This document shows positions 49,379-60,814 of a DNA stretch of 64,000 nt, one piece after another. Where the stretch lies: NCBI GenBank assembly GCA_030704615.1, contig CM060731.1, positions 76,818,001-76,882,000 on the forward strand, read 5' to 3'. The stretch comes from Takakia lepidozioides (taxonomy: Eukaryota > Plantae > Bryophyta). Below the pieces are notes generated by a model. It was given only the letters and a program-made list of their open reading frames with translations. It ran no database searches and was not told the DNA's origin. The position numbers and the translations under genes are program-made. Numbering within the stretch: the first letter of the stretch is position 1; each line of letters starts with the position of its first letter.

Positions 49379-50366
49379 CGATGGTGGTCCCAGACATTAG
49401 GGATATGTCTCCGCCATGTCTCCAGCAGCTCGTGTGCCTCACTGGAGTCTCTTCGGCGAGTAAAGGTGCAATGTCTCGTTCAGTATCACTTGGGTGCCAT
49501 CACACAAGTCATTCGAGGCTAGTTAGATCATGTTCAATCATATTTGATCCTCTTCTCTTACTACTGTTTTAGTAGGTTTATGCATGTGAGGGCGTGTCAC
49601 CTTAATCTCAGCTACGAACATGCGTCTACAGTCATGGCCCTGTATAGCCCATGGCCTGTGTGGCGATGGCACGCTGCGCTAAAGCCCGTGCCTCATGAGC
49701 TTTCCAAGCAAGGAGAGCTGGAAGGAACGGTGTGGAGGCCGGGGCCAGTGAAAGTTGAGAGTAACCCCGTATCCGTTGCTCCAACATGCGTGGAGGGAGG
49801 AAGAGGAAGGCCGGCCCCAGCTTTCAGGATTGAGGGAGTTGGGGAACTGTAGGGCCGCATGCAGTTTAGAGGATCGAGCTGGAGATTGTAGGCCCACATG
49901 CTCTTTAGAAGCTTCAAGAGTTAAAGAAGGGAGGGAGGTGATGGATTGTGGGCCCGCTTGCAAGCATAGAGAGGAAGAGAGGTTTGGGTAGTGGGCCCGC
50001 CTGCTGGAGCTTCAACGTCCCGTCGTCTGCTCCAGCTTAAGCATTTGCAGCTTCCTTGCCGCTGAAGGATTGCAACTCCCTCATCACTCTATTGAGACAT
50101 ACAGTTGAAAACGGGTACCCAGTCAAGCTAGCTATACGTCCGCACTCACCGAAGAAATCAAAATACAAAGCACGGCAGCAAATAGTAAAAGGGAAGTGGA
50201 TGGGGTTCAAGTACCAAAATAGCAAAAGCAAGAGCGAGGCTTTTTGATAACAAAGACATGACAATAGTCGGGCTCATGGGTATTAATTCTCAGAGGCTCA
50301 AGCTTTTGGTTCCCGGAAGCTCCTTTAAGGTGAGGATCACAAGAACACAATTGGAGAGGTTTTGTC

Positions 50367-51494
50367 ATGGAGGAGGAGATTTGGAGCATGCTCCCTTTCG
50401 AGTTAGTGATGGTAGTGTTGGCCTGTTTGCCATATCCAAGTCTTGTCCGCTTTAAGTCGGTTTGCAAGTTGTGGAATTCCCTCCCATCTACTGCTGGTTT
50501 CCAACAACTCTGTCAGCAGCTCCCTCTTCACGAAGACTCCTATCTCTTGTCTTTTGACACATGCTCAAGCCAAAATGATGTTTGCATGTTGTATACCCCC
50601 GCGACTCGACGGTGGCACAAGATCGGTCTCAAATTTCCCAAGTTCCGTTCATGCTATAGAGTTCTTGCTGCAGATGGAGGCTTATTTTGCATAACGAACG
50701 GAGGCTTTGAGCCCTTACCATCGTGGATTGTGTACAATCCTCTGTTGAACAGTTCCAGACAATTGCCCGCCCTGCCTCACAGTCCAGCACTTTCCTTAGT
50801 GCAAAGAGTAAATATGATTGTGGATAGATGCACCAACACCTACAAGGTCCTTGTCATATCATGCGAGTATCACAGCGACAACGACAACAGACTTTGGAGA
50901 ACACACATCTATGACTCAGTTTGCGAGTGTTGGACCGAGACTGGAAAGATGCTCAAAGTACTTGGTATTGTTTGGTGCTGTGCAGATAGTGTGATATGTG
51001 GCCCTACTCTCTTTGCTTTATTTTATGGACCAATGCATGGCTACATTTTGATGGCTTACGACATTGGCAGCGGTGTGTGGACTGAAGTTGCAATACGGAT
51101 GCCTGATTGCAGTGGATGTGGTTACAGTGTAAAGTGTCCATTTCTTGTAGAGAGTGGCGGGCGCCTTTTGCTTGTTGGGGCTCTTGCTCCTGGTTGCTTC
51201 TCTATCTCAACTGTCCATGTGTGGGAGTTCAAAGTTTCTTCAGCAACTCCAGAGTGGCTGGAGATTGCAAGAAGTGGCTTGGTCACCAACCAGTTGTTCA
51301 CCCAACAGTTGAAATGGGTGAGCCATGAGAATCTCATATTCTTGTGCAGCGTAGCATATTCTACAAAGTCTACAAATCCACAAGTAATTGTGATGTATGA
51401 CATGAAGCAAGGCACATGGACATCCCATCACGAACATGTGTCTGTCGGCATCAGTGTGGTTAGTGGAGGTCTTAGTTTAGGTGCAAAAGTCTAG
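50367..51494 (+). CDS. F-box protein with a C-terminal beta-propeller/kelch-like interaction domain (375 aa)
   Basis: Uninterrupted ORF; N-terminal F-box; ADGGLFC, VYNPL, YKV, IYDS..W, YD..W and LVESGGRLLLV motifs typical of plant F-box proteins. Confidence 0.9.
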   Translation: MEEEIWSMLPFELVMVVLACLPYPSLVRFKSVCKLWNSLPSTAGFQQLCQQLPLHEDSYLLSFDTCSSQNDVCMLYTPATRRWHKIGLKFPKFRSCYRVLAADGGLFCITNGGFEPLPSWIVYNPLLNSSRQLPALPHSPALSLVQRVNMIVDRCTNTYKVLVISCEYHSDNDNRLWRTHIYDSVCECWTETGKMLKVLGIVWCCADSVICGPTLFALFYGPMHGYILMAYDIGSGVWTEVAIRMPDCSGCGYSVKCPFLVESGGRLLLVGALAPGCFSISTVHVWEFKVSSATPEWLEIARSGLVTNQLFTQQLKWVSHENLIFLCSVAYSTKSTNPQVIVMYDMKQGTWTSHHEHVSVGISVVSGGLSLGAKV

Positions 51495-51965
51495 ACAAGT
51501 TTTTCTTCATTTTCAGAACATGTTAATAGAGAGTGACAGGAGCCCCCTCTCTATCTCAACCATCACCCCTTGTACAAGGACTAGAGGTGCAGATGGGCAC
51601 GAGAAAACTGTATTGGGCCACCTACTATTTGAAAGTGTGGAGCCATGACGATCTCAATATTGGTTGTCAGATTAGGTTTTTAAGAGTTGTGGTGGCGCAA
51701 GGTTCGAGTATGATGTGAGGAAGTTGGTTTTCCCTTGTTTGGCTCATAGCTCTTGAAAGCCTGAAAGCCTCCTAACGGGTGCCCAACATATACTAGCATC
51801 ACAGCATATACTAGCATCATTCTATGAAACTACATCACGTTTAGTCCTGTTGTCCAACACTTGATACCATCCTCCCTGATGTCATGGATATGTTTTGTTC
51901 CCAAGTTGGGATCCTTTGAGGACAATGTCTTACTAGCTCCTCACTTGAAGCATGGAGAGAGAGAG

Positions 51966-52937
51966 ATTGTACTTATAAGATGTTGTTTGCCGTAGCCTTG
52001 TGGCCATTGACCCCGCGCCCAGTTTGAGCGGGAACAAAAGGGAGAGATTGTACTCATAAGACGTTGTTTGCCGTAGCCTTGTGGCCATTGACCCCGCGCC
52101 CAGTTTGAGCGGGAACAAAAGGGACAGAACCTACCTCTGTCAGGGGCTGACGTTGGTAGTAAGACTTACCTCCATATAAAGAATTAATCCGGGTTTTCCA
52201 GATATCCTCTAGAAATCCCTTCACACAAGCATCAATCTGCTGTGTGTGATTTGCCCAAAAACTAGGCCTCAGGAGGGCCTGGGCTTTTGGCTCAGCCTCG
52301 AGACTTTCAAAGTTGGTAAACAGGGGTACAGGCACAATTCCCTTAATAGATTTGAAGAGAGCGTCTCTTTGGTGAGAGAACCCCGGACAGTGTATCAGAA
52401 AATGAATACTGTCTTCAGATTGCCCACACAACGGGCAATTGCACTCTCCCTTTCCTCTCTGCTTCTGTTTGCTGTTCAAAGGTAGGCTTCCTGCCCTGAG
52501 TTTAAATTTCAGTCTAGTGCCGAGAGTGGGTAGACCCTTGAGGTCATCCAAGATGTCCTCCCCCATGTCACAGACTGGAAACAAGTTCAGGGAAGTTTTC
52601 TGCCTAACTTCATTTTCATCAGACAATCTCATGGCAACAGACATGGCTGAGGACACTACAGCCTCTAAGTCAGATTTATCCAGCAGGGTCAAGATTTGCG
52701 GATCCAGGTCCAGGTCCTTGAGGATCTCTTCTACTCTCTTCTGCCAGGACTTAGCCTGTTTGACAGGGCGGTCCTGTTTCCAAGATATAGAGTCGATTAA
52801 TTTAGGATATCTGGTGTTGGGCATATGTTGCAGCTGACCCCACCATCTGACCTTGAATTCATCTCGTCGGGAGCTTAAGGACGGAATGCCAAACTCACCC
52901 CGAACAGCCACATTGGCTGTTTTGGAGAACAAAAGGG
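51966..52937 (-). mobile_element. 5'-truncated LINE, family 2 (RTE/RTEX-like), with an 81-bp tandem duplication of its 3' end, inserted in (CT)n
   Basis: ORF KTANVAVRGEFG..KFKLRAGSL..CNCPLCGQSEDSIHFLIHCP; (GA)n on both flanks; absent at the paralogous site ~17940. Confidence 0.85.
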
Positions 52938-53304
52938 AGAGAGAGAGAGAGAGAGAGAGAGAAAGAAAGAAAGAGCCCGCATAACTAAGAGGAACCATGG
53001 AGATACTATATGTAGTACCATTGCTATCTCCCTTGTTCTGCCGTCCACTTCTTACTTGCTACATTTTGGTCCGATCATGTGTGATCATGCTTAGGGCCTC
53101 ACTGTGGCAAAGAAGATGTGTAATTCAAATTCTTGAAATACTAAGAAAAGCAAGATCGCAAGAGCCAGGGCAACCTGGACATTAACAATGGTGGAGGTAT
53201 GACAATGAGGTCGACACAGAAGACATCCTGAACACAAATGGCATGAACAATCATGCCATAAGCAAATGAGAAAACGACAGCTTTCTTTTGCAGTTTGAAG
53301 TACC

Positions 53305-53392
53305 TGAATGATCTGGTTAGTGCGTGCCCTCACATTGCCAGCTTCATCAATATAGAATTCATCGTTGTGTTCACTCCCCATCAGTAGTGAAC
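53305..53392 (-). pseudogene. Chorismate synthase exon relic
   Basis: AG acceptor, then GSLLMGSEHNDEFYIDEAGNVRARTN, matching the plant chorismate synthase GSEHNDEFY..G..RTRTNRSGG region. Confidence 0.75.
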
Positions 53393-55888
53393 CTAACCAC
53401 GTCAATCCATTACAGGTGCTTACGGATTGAGTACCAGAAGATTGCTGAATATAGCCTGCTCGAACTGGGTCAGGGATCCTGGATGTACTCTATTAAGCAT
53501 CTCCATGAATTTTTTTTATTGAACTACCAAACTCTCACCATTTGAACCAGACTAGAGGCAGAAGCCCATTGGTCAAGTGCAACAACTACTAAGAAAAGCT
53601 CTGTTCCCAGCCACACATAAACGGCTACCCACTTTGGTTGCCGGTGCAGCTATGGCTTTGTCATTATTATTCGTGGTGTGTTCATCTCTCTTGCTCAAGT
53701 ACTACAAACGGCCCCAGGCGCTTGATCTTCTGCATGCCCAAGTGCGGCAGTGATCCTTGTGCGTAGATGCAACCTTAACTTTGTGACATAGGTTTTTGGG
53801 TAACGAAAATGCTTCTGGAGTCAGTTGCCAATCGACCACCATTACATGATTCTAATCTAGTGCCTTGCAACAACACTGCTACAGTGTGACCAAGAGAGAG
53901 TATGAGAAGTCAGTGTAGGGTGCAACTTTAGTGGGGATGCAAGTGGAGACTGTCAGGTTGAGCCACACTCTTCTCTGCGAAGAACCGAACCCCCTTTTAG
54001 AGAACTTTGTAGAAGCTCTTATTCAGATCAACCTACGACTGTTAGGTTGTGATCCAATAGGATTTCAGATGCTGCCTGATCACAGCTCAGGGATAGATTG
54101 CCACCTGGCTTACAAAAGGCCTTACTTCCAATTTCAAAGAATTGGAAGGAAAGGAAAGCCCTCGGTTAGAAGCTTCAAAATAATAAAAGCGAAGTTACAA
54201 ATTCACTTCAGAATTGAAGGGAGCTGAGAACTGCCTGAGAAGAGTCTCATATTTATGTGTAATTGCTGGCATCATTATTGGTCACTGGGGCTTCACTCAT
54301 TATGAAGTAACTTTGCCATGCGGCAGTCTTCTGTGAAGCAGTTTGTAATTGATGGCCTTCATTGTTTTGGACTCCATTAGTCTAGCAGATTCTAGCAGGT
54401 GCTTGAACCCTTCTATTTCTCTTTCTTCCCGAAAGTTTAACAAACTTCATCTTCATCTTGCATGCTTCCTTCCCACAAACATTTCAGTGAGTGGCAGTGC
54501 AACATTTGTTGACCCAAAATTCTGATCCACCAAAGATAAATCAGTACAGTATGAGTTTCCATTCAGTCCTGCTCCATTCACCCTATTCATTGATCGAGTT
54601 TCCTTGGATGAGCTCTAATCTTCATATTGTCGGAGGGATATGTTAAGGGGAGGAAAGGATGCAACCATGCATTGTGGAAGGAGGGAGATGATCGCTGTCT
54701 GTTTGAAGCAGGATTGTTGAAGTGCTTTTCAGAGGAGTTTGCTTGGCAGCAGGATGGTTGAAGGAACGGATTAGAGCCTGGCAGTTCATTTGTTGCAACC
54801 TCTGTCTCGGATGTTGGAATCCATGAAAACCCCCCGGGTTTTGCAGCATGGGAGCATTCTTCCAGAGAAGTTCCTTCACCTGACTGTAGGGCTTATCAGT
54901 CGATTGACAAGTCCTAGCCCCTTGCCACGACACTATTTGCCACAATGGCGCACAAACTTTCCCAGAAGGGACGATGAGCACATCAGGTTTTCAATCTATG
55001 GTTTGCCTTACACCGGATCTTCATTCTGTGTCTCCTTGTCAAGAGTTCATCGTCATTGGATTAATGGGCAGTCGGCAAAGAGAGCGAGTCGGATATGTCC
55101 AAGTGCACACTACATTGCGGGAGCATTTCACTCCAAATTCCATTCGACGACGAGGCAGGGACGATACCATTGCGCGGTACCAGAGGGCAGTGCGCTTTTG
55201 CGCTATGAGCAACTTCTATCGGTCGATCAAAACGCGAGCGAGAATGTAAATGGCATCAGGGACGGTCCCAATCCAGTGGAGGCCGAATCGACTAATCAGT
55301 TCATAGTGGTCAATTTTTATCACTTTGTGGAGATTGAGGACCCCCACCAGGAGGTGGCCAGTCACACAGCATTCGTGGAGGTGGATCTCAGCTCATTCAT
55401 ATTGTCCGATTTATGGCCTGCATCTAGGAAGGCAAAAGGACAGCTTTCATGTGAGGGGTTAAAATTAGGTTTTGAATGTGTCCCCGCTGATTTCTGCTCT
55501 CAGGGAGATCTTCGGGACATTAACCCACCAAGGTATTAAATTTTAGCTCGAACTGTCCATGGAGCTCATTCAGCGAGCAATGATCCGGTTAGAGAATTTT
55601 GTGCTGTGTAAAGGGTGGCTAAAATTTCGTGATGGCTTCCAGCACTGCTACTGTAGTGCTCTTGCTTAACCCCGGTATGCAACACGGGGTTGTGTTTGCA
55701 CACTGACAGCCATTGTACAGAGCAACAGGGGGGGAGAGTGACAGAAAGACAGCACTGTACAGAAGAAGAAGAGAGGCTGGCAGGTTTAAAGTCAGCTTAG
55801 GGCTTTGATGCACCGAAATGCTTTGACATCTCATTCAGCACCTGTGGTGTATCCAGGATTAGTATGGGGATGGTTTGATAATCAAGTG

Positions 55889-56100
55889 TTAGCGGTTGGA
55901 AAACCACTCGGCGATGCTCCCGCACTTAACATACACCTGGACAAGGGTGTTGTGTAAAAAAGCGCTCGGCTTGAATTTGGATAATGTGAGCGTACACCGG
56001 CTTTCCAGCTTCCAGGCCTTGATGCACTTATGCAAGAGACACAGACATAAGTATCTGAATCTGCTGTAATGCAGCCTCCTTGGTTTAAAGTCTGTAGAGC
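55889..56100 (-). pseudogene. PPR gene fragment lying antisense within an STR8 intron
   Basis: CLLHKCIK..FKPSAFLHNTLVQVYVKCGSI resembles the first L/S repeats of 45596-48121. Confidence 0.6.
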
Positions 56101-57550
56101 TTCTTTCAGTCGCCCTGCCTAAGAGCATCCTCACATGCCCAGAAGTGCCAGAAGAGGCATTGTGGACTCCCTCTCTTGGTGCTCTTTGCATGGTCAAGGT
56201 GCCTGATTTTATCAACTGTGCTGCTGCCGCTGTCGCCGTTTCTGCTGCTTCCTTGACCATCTACCCATGCAGGTTTCTTGTAGCTATCGATCCGCGGGGA
56301 ATCATGGTAATCTTGTGCTTGAATTCCAGCCCTCTTGGATGAATCTGAACCCACACTCTATCCCTGCTCCTTCAGCTATCCCTGCCTCTGCACAAGTCAT
56401 GCATACATCCTTGCCTTTCCGCTAACAGCTAATAACGACAGCCTATATATGTTCTAGCAAACACCCCAACCCTAATTATCACACTAGTTCCAATGCTGAA
56501 TTGCGTCTGCTTCTCTCTGTAATCCAACAGGCATTCACCATTTTGCATCGATTGTCCCACCATTGACTGGGGTTGGAAAAATACTCAGTCCAAGGCTTCT
56601 CCTTGTCTCTGTTATCTTTTTTTGATACTTTCCTGTTGTCACATTGGCATTAACATGTCACACCACTCCAAACCACCAAGCTAGCTTGCAGAATTCAACA
56701 TGAAAAACTAGGGACGACTCTGATAAGAGAGAAAAACAGGCTGAAATGTGTTGAAGAGGAAAGCACATGGTTGAAAGAAAAGGTAGCTGCTTTCATGACA
56801 CAAGGTCAAGGACAATGTGGTGAGGGTTGTAGCCATGTATTTGTTACTTGGACTAATTGGCAGTGGTATTTGTTCCTGCTTAAGAAATGAACAGTGGCAT
56901 GGGGACAAGGTTTGTTGCAAAGGTTTTGACAAGGTTTATGTTGTTATTTCATGTTTTATTCTGGTTCATGGGGTGGAGCAGCTAAGTGGGCAACATGCAG
57001 ACGCAATGGCATATGCAGAATGGGTGAAAGAGGATGACCGATTTTCATCTGTGCTTGTACAAGTCTCTCCGTCTCCACAAGGCCATTCCTTCCCCAGACT
57101 AAAGCTCCGCTACAAGCCTTCTCTTGTCCAGGTGGGAACCATTTAAAGGCCCTTTCCGCAGGTTACTGAGGTGGAAGTCACAAAATTTGTCCAGTCTATG
57201 TGAACTTTGAGGCACTAGTACGTGTGTAGAGAAGGTTTCATGAGGGCTTTACCGTCCTTAGCCAATAATTTGGTAGCTCATTGTTCCAGAAAATCATGCT
57301 CTTGTGTAGTATGATCATGCCTGCATGGAGCTATACTACATTTTTCTCTCACAGTAGTTAATTGAAGTTCATAAGGTATTTCCCAGCATATGTTTTAAGA
57401 GAGTTGCTTTTGTGGCTCTTGAGGCAGAGGCTGTGGTGGATACTGGAGATGAGAGTGGTGATGCTGGTATACAAAGCTTGAAGAGAGTTCTGCTTTTGGA
57501 TGTACGAAATGGTACCTTTCTCTTGCTTTCGTTTTCTGTACACTTTCATC

Positions 57551-57838
57551 GGGTCAATGGCCCAAGGCTATGGCAAACAACGTCTTATGAGTACATTCTG
57601 TACACTTCCGTTTGTTATCTTCCTTTATGGTACATTCCTCAGAAAAACAGTATTTCAAACCTATTTTTGAGTTCCTCACTACTCTCTTTCCCTCTCCCTC
57701 TCTCTTGGCACAAGGTAAGTCCAACTACTGAAGTAAGCCCCTCACAAAGGTAGTGTCTGTTCCCTCCTGTTGTGCCCAAACTGGGTACGCGGTCTATGGC
57801 CACAAGGCTATGGCAAACAACACCTTAAGATTACATTC
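57551..57838 (+). mobile_element. Two short 3'-end relics of LINE family 2 (57551-57597, 57755-57838)
   Basis: ggtc(a/t)atggcc(a)caaggctatggcaaacaac..tta(t/a)ga(g/t)taca matches the 3' end of 51966-52937. Confidence 0.75.
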
Positions 57839-57856
57839 CTTTGGCACATGTAAAAT

Positions 57857-58225
57857 TCTTCTTTTCTTCTTTTTCTGTTTCTCTTTAATTCTCTTTGTTG
57901 TTTGTAGACTTGGTGGAAGGTTGACTCCTACCAAAGCAAGTGTAACTTATGTGTCACTTTGCACCAAAGGGCTACTGCCTTCCGTTTCGAAGGTGGATCC
58001 ACCTTTCGAAAGGCCGTAACTGGGGCAATGCAGTTGCTCCAAACCTTCCCCAAGAACTTGAAATGTCCCTAGGGACCCACACATTTGGTGGCCGGTTGAG
58101 CCAACGACCCCCCTTTTATAGCTGGGTTGGTTACAATGGGTGATATCCAACATACACCTATGTGGCTTTGAACCCACTACCGCTTGTAAGGCTGCCTTGT
58201 GCCCTAACCACTGGGCCATCTGTTG
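57857..58225 (-). mobile_element. Putative tRNA-derived SINE
   Basis: A box TGGCCCAGTGG (58218-58208) and B box GGTTCAAAGCC (58174-58164) 33 nt apart; A-rich tail ~57857-57905; core shared with 44897-44948. Confidence 0.6.
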
Positions 58226-60814
58226 GATAGACTAGGTGGAGTAAGAAAGCATCATGTTATTGCCTAGTATAATGCCATGGCAGCTCCATACTGGAGCATA
58301 CATAGTAATGGAAGGCTTTTGTGTCAAAGGGTCTATGGCTGCAAGGCTGCACCATTTGTATAACCCTATGGTGTTAACACATCAGTACTTCTACCTCGTT
58401 CAATACATTACCTTTCCTTTGTGCAGGATACGAATGGGATGTGGGACACTTCCATGGAGCTCAGCGACCAGAGGTTGACTGTTTCAGAAGCACTGAGTTT
58501 GGGCTGTCAGAGGAAAAGGTCAGTATTTGTTCACTCGGCAGTTTGCTTCAGCGCCATGTGGGCTGTTGTATGATGGATGTGCCGTGATGGTGGGACATGG
58601 CAGAATGAAACAGAGGACCCATTGGCAGGGGTTGATAAGGAGGCTGTTGATGTCATGATGTATTGCACCAGTGGCATTCGCTGTGATGTCTACTCTAGCA
58701 TGCTGAGGTACATTCTAACCTATTTATATCATTCTAATTTTTGTCATGCTCAGAGGTAACACTCTAAGCTTGTTTTTGTCAGGTCTATGATGAAATCGGT
58801 TCGTTTATTCACTTGCTACCTTTACTCACTGCTACGTTCATGGGCCCTCATCATTGGTTCTTGTTTGTGCAAAGCTTTGTCAAAACGAAATGCTGTTGCC
58901 GCTATCCCGCAGTAAGAAAACCCCTACCAGCAATTATGAAAATGCTGTATCCTTCCCAGAGGCAACAACGTCACACTTGTGTTGCAAGAGTAAACTAAAA
59001 GCAGGTCAACCTTCGCACAGCTTGACATTTCCCCTTTACCGAGCTTGTATTGAAGATAGTGAAAGTATTACAGTTTCTATCTTGTCCCAGCAAACCAGTA
59101 GGACTTGGCATCCCCATTAGGTGACCAAGCTAGGTGGAACACTGATGTAATTGTTTTTGGGCTTAACCTGCAGGCAGAAAGGGTTCAAAAACCTGTTCAC
59201 TTTGAAAGGGGGCATTTCCCACTATCTCAAAGAGGAGGGCGCATCCAAGTGGGTTGGAAATCTTTTTGTCTTTGACTCTCACCAAAATTGTCTCACCAAA
59301 ATTGTATCATGACGGAGAGGCTTCTCTGTCCCCAGCAATGTCTGAAGATGGCAATAATGCAGAAACAGAGACAGGAGGAGAGTTAGCCCTACTTGCTGAA
59401 CCAACATTTGCCAGGTGTCGATTGTGTGGAGATCAAGTCCCTGAAGCACGGCATCGCAATTGTGCCAATCTGGACTGCAATGAACTGTATTTGTAAGTTA
59501 TCCCGTCAGTTTCAGTTTTCTGCATGGAGACAGTAACTTTTGTTTCACTGGCTTTCCATGAGGGGGCCCTACTTCAAACGAGCCACTAATGTACGTCAGA
59601 TAACACTCCTTCGCCAGAAGAACCATGTAAATACAAATTCAGAACCTCGTGAAGGAATGACCGACCTAGTTAGATCATTCTGGGCAAGTCAGAGTAGGTA
59701 AGCAAACCACGGATTCTTGGTGTGGAGCCTGGGAGCGCAGGCCTTACTGGCAAGGATCGATTCCTTCTACAGTTGAGACTGCCTTCTTCCTTTCTGCACA
59801 GTTTTAGTTGATTTTTTCCGTTTTTGTTTATGTAGCCCTCATGGATTGAGTATGCAGGTCATGTCCTGAATGTATGAGCCAGCACAATGGGTGCTGCTGC
59901 AGTGAGTGTGCTGAGGCACCAAGGCTAAGGCCACTGCTGGAATCAAAGGAGCCATACAAGCGCTGGCACAACTACCGTCCCAACCCTACTCCACCTCCTC
60001 GTCCTCCAGGTTACATTGAGGGAGCGGCGGCGGCAGCGGTTATTGGAAGAGAGTGAAGAAGGTGGGGAGGTTGTGAGACCCCAGCAAATATATAGCTGAT
60101 CCGTCTCGCACGACGACAGCCTCCGCTAGATCATCACAGCTCACCTTCATGTCGTACCCTGTATCATTCTGGATAATGATGTCTGTCCCTTGAAGTGTGC
60201 CTACAAATCCCACAAGAATCAACATTACTTCAGCAATGGGTGACAAAGACCCCACCGAGCCATCTAGTTTCACACGCACTCAATGAAAAGCCTGCATGGA
60301 GGTCTTCTTCAGACTCGGGATCTTTTTTCTTGCAGCCAACTCTCGCAGGGGTCGAGGGGGGATAGAGCTTGTCTTGCGGCCATAGACTTGGCAGGAATAT
60401 GAATATCCTTCTCTTTGAATCCAAATCCTTTCTTATTGTCCATTCTGGTACTCGGAGCTAAGCACCTAACCCCAGCAGTCTCTTTGAAGTTTGTATCCCA
60501 ATGCCGAAACCAAGATACGATATGGAATTAGGTCTGCAGTTAGGAGGACTCTGAGCTACTAGGAATTGGGTTCGCTAAGTTCAGATTATGAAGGTTAGCT
60601 GGACAGTTGGCACATTGCCACCGACATAAGAATAAGAAGCAGAGGTGTATAGTAGTGGTTTCTCTCACCTTCCAGCATGCTTGTTCATTCAGAGGATTTG
60701 ATGTATTAAGTACTACCTTGGGCTACATCTAGTTCCAGTTTGAATTTCAGGGAGACAAACACCTTCCCGTGCAAGTAAACATTTGAATTTTTCAGACTCA
60801 ACTTTATAGATCTT

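Larger units (their letters stand above)
49789..53325. repeat. Inverted cassette copy D containing the intact F-box gene
   Basis: Reverse complement of ~5012-7934. Confidence 0.9.
54823..60056 (+). pseudogene. STR8: Rhodanese-domain protein, STR8/TrhO(YceA)-like, multi-exon and probably disabled
   Basis: FIVVNFYHFVEIEDP; LSG..DAMAYAEW..FPRLKLRYKPSLVQ (56982-57131); LLLDVRNG|YEWDVGHF; YCTSGIRC; LKGGISHYL..GNLFVFD; HRNCANLDCN; GCCC. Exon 2 is eroded, the expected HLPL..EW segment is not found, and an insertion at ~59280-59317 shifts the frame. Confidence 0.82.

Noticed and set aside
52054-52998. Novel 314-aa protein with a hydrophobic N-terminus
   Set aside because: Chance read-through from flanking DNA and (CT)n into a truncated LINE ORF2
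58150-58225. tRNA gene
   Set aside because: A and B boxes are present but no convincing cloverleaf; better explained as a SINE head
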